Assembly: GCF_000940845.1 (NCBI RefSeq)
Contig: NZ_CP010341.1
Span: forward strand, 1,050,001-1,082,000
Source: Propionibacterium freudenreichii subsp. freudenreichii
GTDB taxonomy: Bacteria > Actinomycetota > Actinomycetes > Propionibacteriales > Propionibacteriaceae
Direction: 5' to 3'
Length of the DNA stretch: 32,000 bases
The position numbers were made by a program, and so were the translations under genes. This document shows, one piece after another, positions 20,429-27,747 of the stretch. The notes beneath the pieces were generated by a model. The model saw nothing but the letters and a program-made list of their open reading frames with translations. It made no database searches and was not told the DNA's origin. The stretch's first letter is position 1; each line of letters begins with the position of its first letter.

Positions 20429-20546
20429 CACGTATGCTGCGATTGCGTTTCAGGGAATATCAGGTAGCATGCCGACGTTTGCCGGGCGTGTGCACCTGCT
20501 GCGCACCGGCAAGACCGTTAACACGGCACAGATTCGAGAGGCCACG

Positions 20547-20843
20547 ATGGCGACTGATTATGATGCACCCCGCAAGTCCGACGATGAGGCTCGCGAGGAC
20601 TCACTCGAGGAGCTGAAGAGCCGGCGCAACGACAAGAATTCAGGGAAGGTTGATGAGGATGAAGCTGAGGTCGCCGAGACCTTCGAGCTTCCCGGCGCAG
20701 ACCTTTCCCACGAAGAACTGACGGTTCGAGTACTTCCCCGTCAGGCTGACGAGTTCACCTGCGCCGGTTGCTTCCTGGTGAAGTCCCGGAGCCAGCTCGC
20801 GGAGACCCGCGGCGGCAAGATGTATTGCGTCGACTGCGTCTGA
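20547..20843 (+). CDS. DUF4193-like protein (acidic N-terminus plus C-terminal CxxC...CxxC zinc-ribbon-like motif)
   Basis: ATG at 20547 follows GAGAGG and gives 98 aa: MATDYDAPRKSDDEAREDSLEELK...EFTCAGCFLVKSRSQLAETRGGKMYCVDCV. The family name is from memory. Confidence 0.75.
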   Translation: MATDYDAPRKSDDEAREDSLEELKSRRNDKNSGKVDEDEAEVAETFELPGADLSHEELTVRVLPRQADEFTCAGCFLVKSRSQLAETRGGKMYCVDCV

Positions 20844-20902
20844 GCGATGAGCCCGCGCGCAGCCTGACCGCCGATTCCCCCTGACGTCCATCCCGCAAGG
20901 GA

Positions 20903-20940
20903 ACAGTGGGCGCACGAACCTTGGTTCGTGCGCCCACTGT
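20903..20940. terminator. bidirectional hairpin between convergent DUF4193 and DUF4235 genes
   Basis: ACAGTGGGCGCACGAACC (20903-20920) and GGTTCGTGCGCCCACTGT (20923-20940) form a perfect 18-bp inverted repeat around TT. Confidence 0.65.
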
Positions 20941-20954
20941 CATGTCCGGACGGG

Positions 20955-21221
20955 TTACCCGGCCCCGAGCTCGTCGGCCGCGGCCTCCGAGCGCGTGGCG
21001 ACGAAGCGCTGCACCAGCAGGGCGAGCGTCCCCAGCAGCAGGGTGCTGCCGATCGACCACGCATAGGCCTTGACGGGCGACACCGTGGGATCTGACGGGT
21101 CCGGCGGCTCCTCCCCGGTGACGGTGTGCCATCCGGCGGTGGCCACGCGCTGACCGGCGAAGGCAGCAGCCGCGCCGAGTACTGCACCGAGCACCCTGAA
21201 CTGCATCTTGGGCTTGGACAT
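20955..21221 (-). CDS. small membrane-associated protein, DUF4235-like
   Basis: The preferred start, ATG at 21221, is preceded by GGAGAG. It gives 88 aa: MSKPKMQFRVLGAVLGAAAAFAGQRVATAGW...AYAWSIGSTLLLGTLALLVQRF, with two hydrophobic segments. Alternative starts are at 21236 and 21206. Confidence 0.65.
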   Translation of the reverse strand: MSKPKMQFRVLGAVLGAAAAFAGQRVATAGWHTVTGEEPPDPSDPTVSPVKAYAWSIGSTLLLGTLALLVQRFVATRSEAAADELGAG

Positions 21222-21342
21222 ATCTCTCCGTTTCATCCAGTCAGACGCCGTGATCGCACCGAATCGGGCGGGCATCTGGTCGCCTCTCCATCCTAGGGAG
21301 CCCGCAGCGACCCCGTGGCACCAGCCCGCGCCCGCTCCGGCG

Positions 21343-21405
21343 CCCTGATGCCGCGCGCGCCCCGCCACCCTGATGCCGCACCCGCGGCATGGCATCGCCG
21401 CGATG
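21343..21405. repeat. short direct repeats and palindromes sharing a GATGC/GCATC core
   Basis: CCCTGATGCCGC occurs twice (21343-21354 and 21368-21379, a 25-bp period). It is followed by the hairpin ATGCCGC-ACCC-GCGGCAT (21373-21390) and the palindrome CATCGC-C-GCGATG (21393-21405). Confidence 0.35.
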
Positions 21406-21564
21406 CGGTGGAGCATGGCCCCCGGACGGCTTCCGGCACGTTAGTCTGGGGCGGGCGCGTGGCGTGATCGGTGCCCGCCACGGTTGCGCGCCGCTGATCG
21501 TGGTGCCACGACGCAGCGCAACAGGGCACGACAACTAATTCAAGAGACAAATGGTGGAGCACTC

Positions 21565-22386
21565 GTGATCTTTGGCAGAAGGAAGCATCGCAAGGCCGAC
21601 GACGCGGATGAGGTGGAACAGGCCGCCGAGTCCGATGTCGTCGAGGATGCGCAGGCCGTGGCCGCAGGCGACGGGGCCGATGAGTCGGAGCCGATCGACG
21701 ACGACGAGTCGCTCGATGATGACGAGGCCAGCGACTCCGAGGCCTCCGAGCCCGACGAGTGGGAACAACTGGACGAGTCGCGCGACTGGCGCGCCGATGG
21801 CCCCTTCGACATCAGCGAGGTCGACCTGGACGCCGACGATGTGCAGCGCCTCGACTTCGACTCACTGGTGCTCACCCCCTTCGAGGGCATGAACATGCAG
21901 CTGCAGGTCAACCAGGAGACCCAGGATGTCCAGGCACTGCTCATCTCGCAGGGGCAGTCAGTACTGGAATTGTCGCTGTTCGCCGCGCCCTCCGACCGCA
22001 GCATGCTGCCGCGGGTGCGCCAGGACATGATCGCCAATGTGGAGAGCGCCGGAGGTTCGGCGACGCTCGCCGAGGGTCCCTTCGGCACGGAGATCCGTCG
22101 CGTCGTGCCGATCACGGCCGAGAACGGCCAGCACGGCTATCACGTGTCCCGTACCTGGTTCGCCCAGGGCCCCAGGTGGCTGCTGCGTGGCGTTCTGATG
22201 GGCGAGGCCGGCATGTCGGAGGGCACCGGCGGCCCGGCCGAGGTGCTCTACGAGTTCTTCGCCAACACGGTGGTACGCCGCGGCGACAAGCCGATGGTCC
22301 CCGGAGATCCGATCGCCATGGCGCTGCCGGATGCGATGCGGGCACAGCTGGATGGCCAGGCGGGTGCTCCCCAGGGGCAACAGTGA
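21565..22386 (+). CDS. DUF3710-like protein with strongly acidic N-terminal region
   Basis: GTG at 21565 follows GGTGGAG and gives 273 aa. The Asp/Glu-rich segment is followed by DWRADGPFDISEVDL...LVLTPFEGMNMQLQVNQET...SRTWFAQGPRWLLRGVLMGEA, which I recall as DUF3710. Confidence 0.75.
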   Translation: MIFGRRKHRKADDADEVEQAAESDVVEDAQAVAAGDGADESEPIDDDESLDDDEASDSEASEPDEWEQLDESRDWRADGPFDISEVDLDADDVQRLDFDSLVLTPFEGMNMQLQVNQETQDVQALLISQGQSVLELSLFAAPSDRSMLPRVRQDMIANVESAGGSATLAEGPFGTEIRRVVPITAENGQHGYHVSRTWFAQGPRWLLRGVLMGEAGMSEGTGGPAEVLYEFFANTVVRRGDKPMVPGDPIAMALPDAMRAQLDGQAGAPQGQQ

Positions 22387-22763
22387 GCCTTGGCAGCGCC
22401 CTGGCGGAATCCGCCGTGGGGCGCTGGCTGCGCCGCCTCCTGCGGTCGAACGAGGAACTCGTCTCCGAGGAGCTCGTGACCCAGGCAGTGAAGTCGGGTG
22501 CGACTCCGATCGCCGAGGCACGCGATCGCACCCGCGTCACCGTGCAGGGCACCGTCGCGATCCTGACCATCAATCCCCAGAAGCGCCATTCCTGGCTGGA
22601 GGCCGACCTCGTCGACGGTTCCGGCACGCTGGTGCTGCTGTGGATGGGACGCGGGACGATCCCCGGCATCACGGCCGGACGCCGACTGCGCGTCCATGGC
22701 CTCATCAGCTCACGCGACGAACGTCGGGTGATGTACAACCCCTCCTATGAACTGCTGGGCTGA
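22383..22763 (+). CDS. OB-fold domain protein of unknown function
   Basis: GTG at 22383 overlaps the upstream TGA (GTGA). It gives 126 aa: PIAEARDRTRVTVQGTVAILTINPQ...LVDGSGTLVLLWMGRGTIPGITAGRRLRVHGLISSRDERRVMYNPSYELLG, which matches the conserved actinobacterial OB-fold family usually found after DUF3710. Confidence 0.65.
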   Translation: MSLGSALAESAVGRWLRRLLRSNEELVSEELVTQAVKSGATPIAEARDRTRVTVQGTVAILTINPQKRHSWLEADLVDGSGTLVLLWMGRGTIPGITAGRRLRVHGLISSRDERRVMYNPSYELLG

Positions 22764-22769
22764 CCAGCC

Positions 22770-23438
22770 CTAGCCCTTCGTCACCGGCACCAGGTAATGC
22801 GACAGCTCACGCTCGTGTTCCTCGGAAATGGTGAACAACAGCTCGTCACCCACCTCCACCGCGGCATCCTGCTCGGGGGCACGGGAGCGTCCATCCCGCA
22901 CGATGGCGACCAGCACACCATCGCCGGGGAAGCTGAGGTCGCGCACCCTCTTGCCCACGGCGGGGGAGTCCTCGGGCAGGGTGAGCTCCACCAGGTTCGC
23001 CGAGCCCTTCTTGAAGGTCATCAGGCGCACGACGGCACCGACGCTGACGGCCTCCTCGACCAGGGCCGACATGATGCGGGGTGTTGAGACGGCCACGTCC
23101 ACCCCCCACTGCTCGTCGAACATCCACTCGTTGCTCGGATGGTTGACACGGGCAACGGTGCGTGGCACCCCGAACTCCGTCTTCGCCAACAGGGTGTGCA
23201 CCAGGTTGGCCTTGTCGTCACCGGTGGTGGCGATCGAGACATCGCAGGTCTGCAGGTCGGCCTCGGCCAGCGAGTCCATCTCGCAGGCATCTGCCAGCAG
23301 CCATTCGGCCTCCGGCACGGTGTCGGACTTGATGGCGTGCGGCTCCTTCTCGATGAGCAACACCTCGTGTCCGTTGGCAATCAGCTCACGGGCAATGGAA
23401 CGACCGACATTGCCGGCCCCGACAATCGAAATACGCAT
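22770..23438 (-). CDS. trkA: TrkA/RCK-type K+ transport regulatory protein (TrkA-N + TrkA-C), distal copy
   Basis: ATG at 23438 follows GAAGGAA and gives 222 aa. It has the Rossmann motif MRISIVGAGNVGRSIARELIANGHEVLLIE and a C-terminal TrkA-C domain (VELTLPEDSPAVGKRVRDL, VAIVRDG). Confidence 0.85.
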   Translation of the reverse strand: MRISIVGAGNVGRSIARELIANGHEVLLIEKEPHAIKSDTVPEAEWLLADACEMDSLAEADLQTCDVSIATTGDDKANLVHTLLAKTEFGVPRTVARVNHPSNEWMFDEQWGVDVAVSTPRIMSALVEEAVSVGAVVRLMTFKKGSANLVELTLPEDSPAVGKRVRDLSFPGDGVLVAIVRDGRSRAPEQDAAVEVGDELLFTISEEHERELSHYLVPVTKG

Positions 23439-23451
23439 CGTGGATTCCTTC

Positions 23452-24114
23452 TCAGTTCTGCTCGGGCGCCGCGGCGAGCGTGCGCAGCACCATCTGGGCA
23501 CGGTCATTGCTCGTTGCCACGTAGATCACATCGCCCTCCTGCAACAGCAGGTCGGCCGAGGGCACCTCGCCGGTGCCGATCCTGGTGAGGAAGGGCACCC
23601 GTACCCGGAGCCTCTCCTCGAGCTGGCCCACCGATGTTCCCGCCCACGCATTGTCGAAGGGCACCTGGAACAGGGCGGTCATGCCGGAGGGATCGCGCCA
23701 CACCGGGGTGACGGAGTCGGACAACAGTCGGTTCATCACCTGGCCGGCGGCCCAACGCACCGTGGCCACCGTGGGGATACCGAGCTTCTCGTAGACCTCG
23801 GCCCGTCCCTGGTCGTAGATGCGGGCGACCACGTTCTGGACGCCGAACTCCTCGCGTACCACCCGGGCCGACAGGATGTTGGAGTTGTCGCCGCTGGCGA
23901 CGGCGGCGAAGCCATCGGCCTCGCGGATGCCGGCACGCACCAGCACATCGCGATCGAACCCGACGCCCTTGACGGTCTTGCCCGCGAAATCGGGCCCAAG
24001 CCTGCGGAAGGCCTCCACGTTGACGTCGATGACGGCCAGCGAGTGGCCGCGCTTCTCGAGCGCGCGGGCCAGGCTTGAGCCCACCCGGCCGCAGCCCATG
24101 ATGATGATGTGCAC
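23452..24114 (-). CDS. trkA: TrkA/RCK-type K+ transport regulatory protein (TrkA-N + TrkA-C), proximal copy
   Basis: GTG at 24114 is preceded by GGAGG with a 6-nt spacer and gives 220 aa: VHIIIMGCGRVGSSLARALEKRGHSLAVIDVN..., with a C-terminal TrkA-C-like domain. Only 13 nt separate it from the next trkA copy. Confidence 0.85.
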   Translation of the reverse strand: MHIIIMGCGRVGSSLARALEKRGHSLAVIDVNVEAFRRLGPDFAGKTVKGVGFDRDVLVRAGIREADGFAAVASGDNSNILSARVVREEFGVQNVVARIYDQGRAEVYEKLGIPTVATVRWAAGQVMNRLLSDSVTPVWRDPSGMTALFQVPFDNAWAGTSVGQLEERLRVRVPFLTRIGTGEVPSADLLLQEGDVIYVATSNDRAQMVLRTLAAAPEQN

Positions 24115-24244
24115 TGATACCTCCACTGGCCCCACCGGTCGGTGGACAGCCGTGCCGACATGGTCCTGGGAATCGGGGTCAATCGGCCTGTCACCCCGAG
24201 GAAAAGGATAGCTGCGTGGTGCAACGAGGGTCCGCTCCATCGCC

Positions 24245-26281
24245 ATGCAACCAAGCGGTACACGGCAGGCGTTAGGGTTGTCGCTCGTGAGCGTCACTGA
24301 TGCCTTCAAACGTGTGCTCGTCGGCCGCAAGCTGGCCAGCACGCAACTGGGGGAAACTCTCCTCCCGAAGAGGGTCGCACTTCCGATCTTCGCCTCCGAT
24401 GCACTGAGCTCGGTGGCCTACGCACCCGACGAGGTGCTGATCACCCTCTCGTTGGCCGGCATGGCCGGCTTTGCCTTCTCGTTGCCGATCGGCATCGCGG
24501 TGGGCGCGGTGCTGTTGGTGGTGGTCATGAGCTACCGCCAGACCGTGCACGCCTATCCCTCGGGTGGCGGCGACTACGAGGTGGTCACCACGAATCTGGG
24601 GCCCACCAGCGGACTGGTGGTGGCCAGCGCACTGTTGGTCGACTATGTGCTCACCGTGGCCGTTTCGGTCAGCTCCGGAGTGCAGAACGCCAAGGCGATG
24701 ATGCCCTTCATCCAGGGCCACGAGGGGCTGATCGCGGCCGTGGTGATCATCGTGCTGATGGTGATCAACCTGCGCGGCGTGCGCGATTCGGGTGGCATCT
24801 TCGCCGTCCCGACCTATCTGTTCATGTTCGGCATCGGGGTGATGGTCATCTGGGGACTGCTCCAGATCTTCGTCTTCGGACATCCCCTCAGGGCCGCAAC
24901 CGCCGACTACACCGTGGTTGGTGTGAGCCGCTACGAGCCCCTGGTGGGGCTGGGCATGGTCACACTGCTGGCGCGCACCTTCTCGTCGGGCTGCGCCGCC
25001 CTGACGGGGGTCGAGGCCATCAGCAACGGCGTTCCCAATTTCCGCAAGCCGAAGAGCAAGAACGCCGCCACCACGCTGCTGCTGCTGGGCTGCATCGCCG
25101 TGAGCATGCTGCTCGGCATCCTGGCCCTAGCCAACCTCACCGGCGTGAAGATGTCCGACGTCAATTCCGGGAGCTATTTCGTCACCCCCGGCGGTGAGGA
25201 GATCCATTCCGATCCGGTGACCGTGATCGGCCAGCTGGCACGGGCCGTGTTCTACCCGGGTTTCCCGATCGGCTTCTTCTTCGTGATCACGATGACGATG
25301 ATCATCCTGTTCCTGGCCGCCAACACGGCCTTCAACGGCTTTCCGACCCTGGGTTCGATCCTGTCGCGCGACGGGTGGATGCCCCGCCAGCTGCACAGTC
25401 GCGGCGATCGCCTGGCCTTCTCCAACGGCATCATGACCCTGGCCGGGGGAGCCGTCCTGCTGGTCCTGATCTTCAATGCATCGGTGACGGCGCTCATCCA
25501 GATGTACGTCATCGGAGTGTTCATCTCATTCACGCTCAGCCAGCTGGGCATGCTGCGGCACTGGACCCGCCACCTCAGGAGCGAGACCGATCCGTCGGCA
25601 CGCCGCGTGATGCAGCGCAGCCGGGTGATCAATGCCGTGGGCATGGTCATGACCGGCCTCGTGCTGGCCATCGTGCTGGTCTCCAAGTTCATCTACGGGG
25701 CCTGGATGGCCCTGCTGGCGATGGCCGTGGTGTTCATCCTGATGCGCGCCATCCACAGCCACTACGCAGAGGTCGCGGCCGAGACCACCATCACCGATCC
25801 GGCGGAGTGGGTGCTGCCCAGTCGCGTGCACGCCGTGGTGATGGTGAACGCGGTGAACAAGCCCACCGTCAAGGCCATCCAGTTCGCGCGGGCCACCCAG
25901 CCCGGTGAACTCGAGGCGGTCACCGTCGACGTCGACCCGGACGCGACGGCCCGCCTGGTGAAGCAGTGGGATGACGACGACCTGTCGGTGCCCCTGAAGG
26001 TGATCGACTCGCCGTACCGCCAGATCACCGGCCCGTTCATCGACTATGTGCGGGCCCTGGTCAGCGAGAACCCGCGTGACATCGTGTGCATCTACATCCC
26101 CGAGTACGTGGTGGGGCACTGGTGGGAGCATGTCCTGCACAACCAGACCGCGCTGGTGATCCGCGCCCGGCTGCATTTCATGCGGGGGGTTATGGTCACT
26201 TCCGTGCCCTATCAACTCGAATCCAGCGCGCGGCTCGCCACGCGTTACCGTCGCCGTGAGCTCAGGCGTCCCCGCCGGTGA
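24245..26281 (+). CDS. APC-superfamily permease with cytoplasmic C-terminal domain, KimA(YdaO)-like candidate K+/H+ symporter
   Basis: About 12 hydrophobic segments. N-terminal motifs FKRVLVGRKL...ALPIFASDALSSVAYAPDEVL, SYRQTVHAYPSGGGDYEV, LLVDYVLTVAVSVSSG and INLRGVRDSG, plus the C-terminal SPYRQITGPFIDY and IPEYVVGHWWEHVLHNQTALVIRARL, match my recollection of Bacillus KimA and Mycobacterium Rv2690c-type proteins. The start is ambiguous: ATG 24245, or GTG 24287 lying 8 nt downstream of a TAGGGT -10-like hexamer. Confidence 0.8.
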   Translation: MQPSGTRQALGLSLVSVTDAFKRVLVGRKLASTQLGETLLPKRVALPIFASDALSSVAYAPDEVLITLSLAGMAGFAFSLPIGIAVGAVLLVVVMSYRQTVHAYPSGGGDYEVVTTNLGPTSGLVVASALLVDYVLTVAVSVSSGVQNAKAMMPFIQGHEGLIAAVVIIVLMVINLRGVRDSGGIFAVPTYLFMFGIGVMVIWGLLQIFVFGHPLRAATADYTVVGVSRYEPLVGLGMVTLLARTFSSGCAALTGVEAISNGVPNFRKPKSKNAATTLLLLGCIAVSMLLGILALANLTGVKMSDVNSGSYFVTPGGEEIHSDPVTVIGQLARAVFYPGFPIGFFFVITMTMIILFLAANTAFNGFPTLGSILSRDGWMPRQLHSRGDRLAFSNGIMTLAGGAVLLVLIFNASVTALIQMYVIGVFISFTLSQLGMLRHWTRHLRSETDPSARRVMQRSRVINAVGMVMTGLVLAIVLVSKFIYGAWMALLAMAVVFILMRAIHSHYAEVAAETTITDPAEWVLPSRVHAVVMVNAVNKPTVKAIQFARATQPGELEAVTVDVDPDATARLVKQWDDDDLSVPLKVIDSPYRQITGPFIDYVRALVSENPRDIVCIYIPEYVVGHWWEHVLHNQTALVIRARLHFMRGVMVTSVPYQLESSARLATRYRRRELRRPRR

Positions 26282-27456
26282 CGACTGTGGCAACGGCGGT
26301 CGGTGAGATCATCGGGCCGCTCTCGGTGGGGCCCATTGCCCATGGTGGCCACTGCATCGCCCGCCATGAGGGACGCGTCATCTTCGTGCGGCATACGATT
26401 CCCGGCGAGACCGTGATGGTCAGGATCACCGACGACAGCCATGAGCGCTACTGGCGCGGCGACGCGGTGGAGGTGCTCGACGCCGCGCCGGGCCGCGTGG
26501 AGCCGCCGTGTCCGATCGCGGGCCTGTGTGGTGGCTGCGATTTCCAGCACATCGCGCCGGCGGTGCAACGCGAGCTCAAGACCACCGTGGTGCGCGAACT
26601 GCTGCACCAATTCGCCCACCTCGACTCCGATGTCACCGTGGAACGCGTCGGCACCGACGACAGCGGCCAGGACTGGCGCACCCGCATGCGCTATGGCGTG
26701 CACGATGGGAAGGTGGGCCTGCATGTCCACCGGAGTGCCGACCTGGTGGGCCTGGCGCCGCAGGGCTGCCTCATCGCCGAGAAGGCCGGCCGTGATCCGA
26801 AGATCCTCGACTCCCTGGCCGGACAGGTGCACGGTGATGAGCTGATTGTCGCCACCGCCGCCAGCGGCGTCTGCGTGATCGACTCCGGCAGGACGCTGAT
26901 GGGTGAGGCGGTCGTCACCGAACAGGTGGGCACCCATTCCTTCAGGGCGCGCGCCGACGGCTTCTGGCAACCGCATCGTCTCGCGCCCGGGCTGCTCACC
27001 TCGCAGATGCTGCTGGCCCTTGATCCCCGGCCCGGTGAGCACGCCCTCGACCTCTATTGCGGCGTGGGCGTCTTCGCCGCCGCACTCGACGATGCGGGGT
27101 GTCGGGTGCGGGGGATCGAGATGGATGGGCCCGCCATCCGTCTGGCACGGACCAATGTGCCCCGGGCCCAATTCGTGGCCGGGCGTGTGGATCGGGTGCT
27201 GTCGCGCGGTCGCCACCGCGCCGACCTGGTGGTCCTGGACCCGCCGCGGGCCGGGGCCGGCAAGCGGGCGGTCGACCAGATCGCCGGGCTGCGTCCGCGT
27301 CGGATCGCCTATGTGGCCTGTGATCCGGCAGCGCTGGCCCGTGATCTTGCCTCATTCGCGAGGCATGATTATTCGGTGACCAATATCAAGGGCTTCGACC
27401 TGTTCCCGATGACCCATCATGTCGAGTGCGTGGCCACCCTGGAGCCCACCCGATGA
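26278..27456 (+). CDS. class I SAM-dependent RNA (uracil-5-)-methyltransferase, TrmA/RlmD (RumA) family with TRAM domain
   Basis: GTG at 26278 overlaps the permease stop (GTGA). It has a TRAM-like N-terminus (GHCIARHEGRVIFVRHTIPGETVMVRI), the Fe-S cysteine pattern CPIAGLCGGCDFQH, the SAM motif LDLYCGVGVFA, DPPRAG, and the catalytic-Cys motif YVACDPAALARD. Confidence 0.85.
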   Translation: MTTVATAVGEIIGPLSVGPIAHGGHCIARHEGRVIFVRHTIPGETVMVRITDDSHERYWRGDAVEVLDAAPGRVEPPCPIAGLCGGCDFQHIAPAVQRELKTTVVRELLHQFAHLDSDVTVERVGTDDSGQDWRTRMRYGVHDGKVGLHVHRSADLVGLAPQGCLIAEKAGRDPKILDSLAGQVHGDELIVATAASGVCVIDSGRTLMGEAVVTEQVGTHSFRARADGFWQPHRLAPGLLTSQMLLALDPRPGEHALDLYCGVGVFAAALDDAGCRVRGIEMDGPAIRLARTNVPRAQFVAGRVDRVLSRGRHRADLVVLDPPRAGAGKRAVDQIAGLRPRRIAYVACDPAALARDLASFARHDYSVTNIKGFDLFPMTHHVECVATLEPTR

Positions 27457-27713
27457 GCGCGCCAGGGGCGTCACCGGTCAATCCGGTGGACGCCGGGCCA
27501 GCCACACGACGCCCGCGCGGACACAAGCCACCCGGGACCGTCACGCCACGCTGCCCGCTGCGTCCCGACGAGCCCTGCACCCAATGTCAGGCCTATGCGA
27601 CCGGCCCCGATGATTGTGGCCTGGTCTACCTGGTGATGAGCGATCCCGATCTGCTGGAGATCTACCGCGAGAAGCGCCGGGAAGCGCATCGGGCCGACCA
27701 CCCCGAAGGATGA
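27453..27713 (+). CDS. hypothetical small Cys-containing protein (86 aa)
   Basis: ATG at 27453 overlaps the methyltransferase stop (ATGA). The C-terminal half reads CPLRPDEPCTQCQAYATGPDDCGLVYLVMSDPDLLEIYREKRREA. Third codon positions are GC-rich, as in neighbouring genes. I do not recognise a family. Confidence 0.45.
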   Translation: MSAPGASPVNPVDAGPATRRPRGHKPPGTVTPRCPLRPDEPCTQCQAYATGPDDCGLVYLVMSDPDLLEIYREKRREAHRADHPEG

Positions 27714-27747
27714 TCGGCCCGACGACTCAGGTGGTTCTGCGCACGGC

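Noticed and set aside
24131-24145. The 9-mer CCCACCGGT is shared between the palindrome CCACCG-GT-CGGTGG upstream of trkA and the perfect palindrome CCCACCGGTGGG (30882-30893) upstream of the second Xi-GST. This could hint at a common operator.
   Set aside because: A rough composition-based estimate says a GC-rich 9-mer recurring once in about 64 kb of two-strand sequence is expected by chance. The flanking halves differ, and there is no functional link between the loci.
24115-24286. A possible ydaO-type c-di-AMP riboswitch upstream of the KimA-like permease; the Bacillus kimA (ydaO) gene has one.
   Set aside because: I could not recognise the long pseudo-symmetric ydaO architecture or its conserved ACGGGG/CCCGAAUCC-type blocks. 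Only short GGGAATC/GGGGTCAATC fragments are present, and the region is also short. A covariance-model scan (Rfam RF00379) would settle it.
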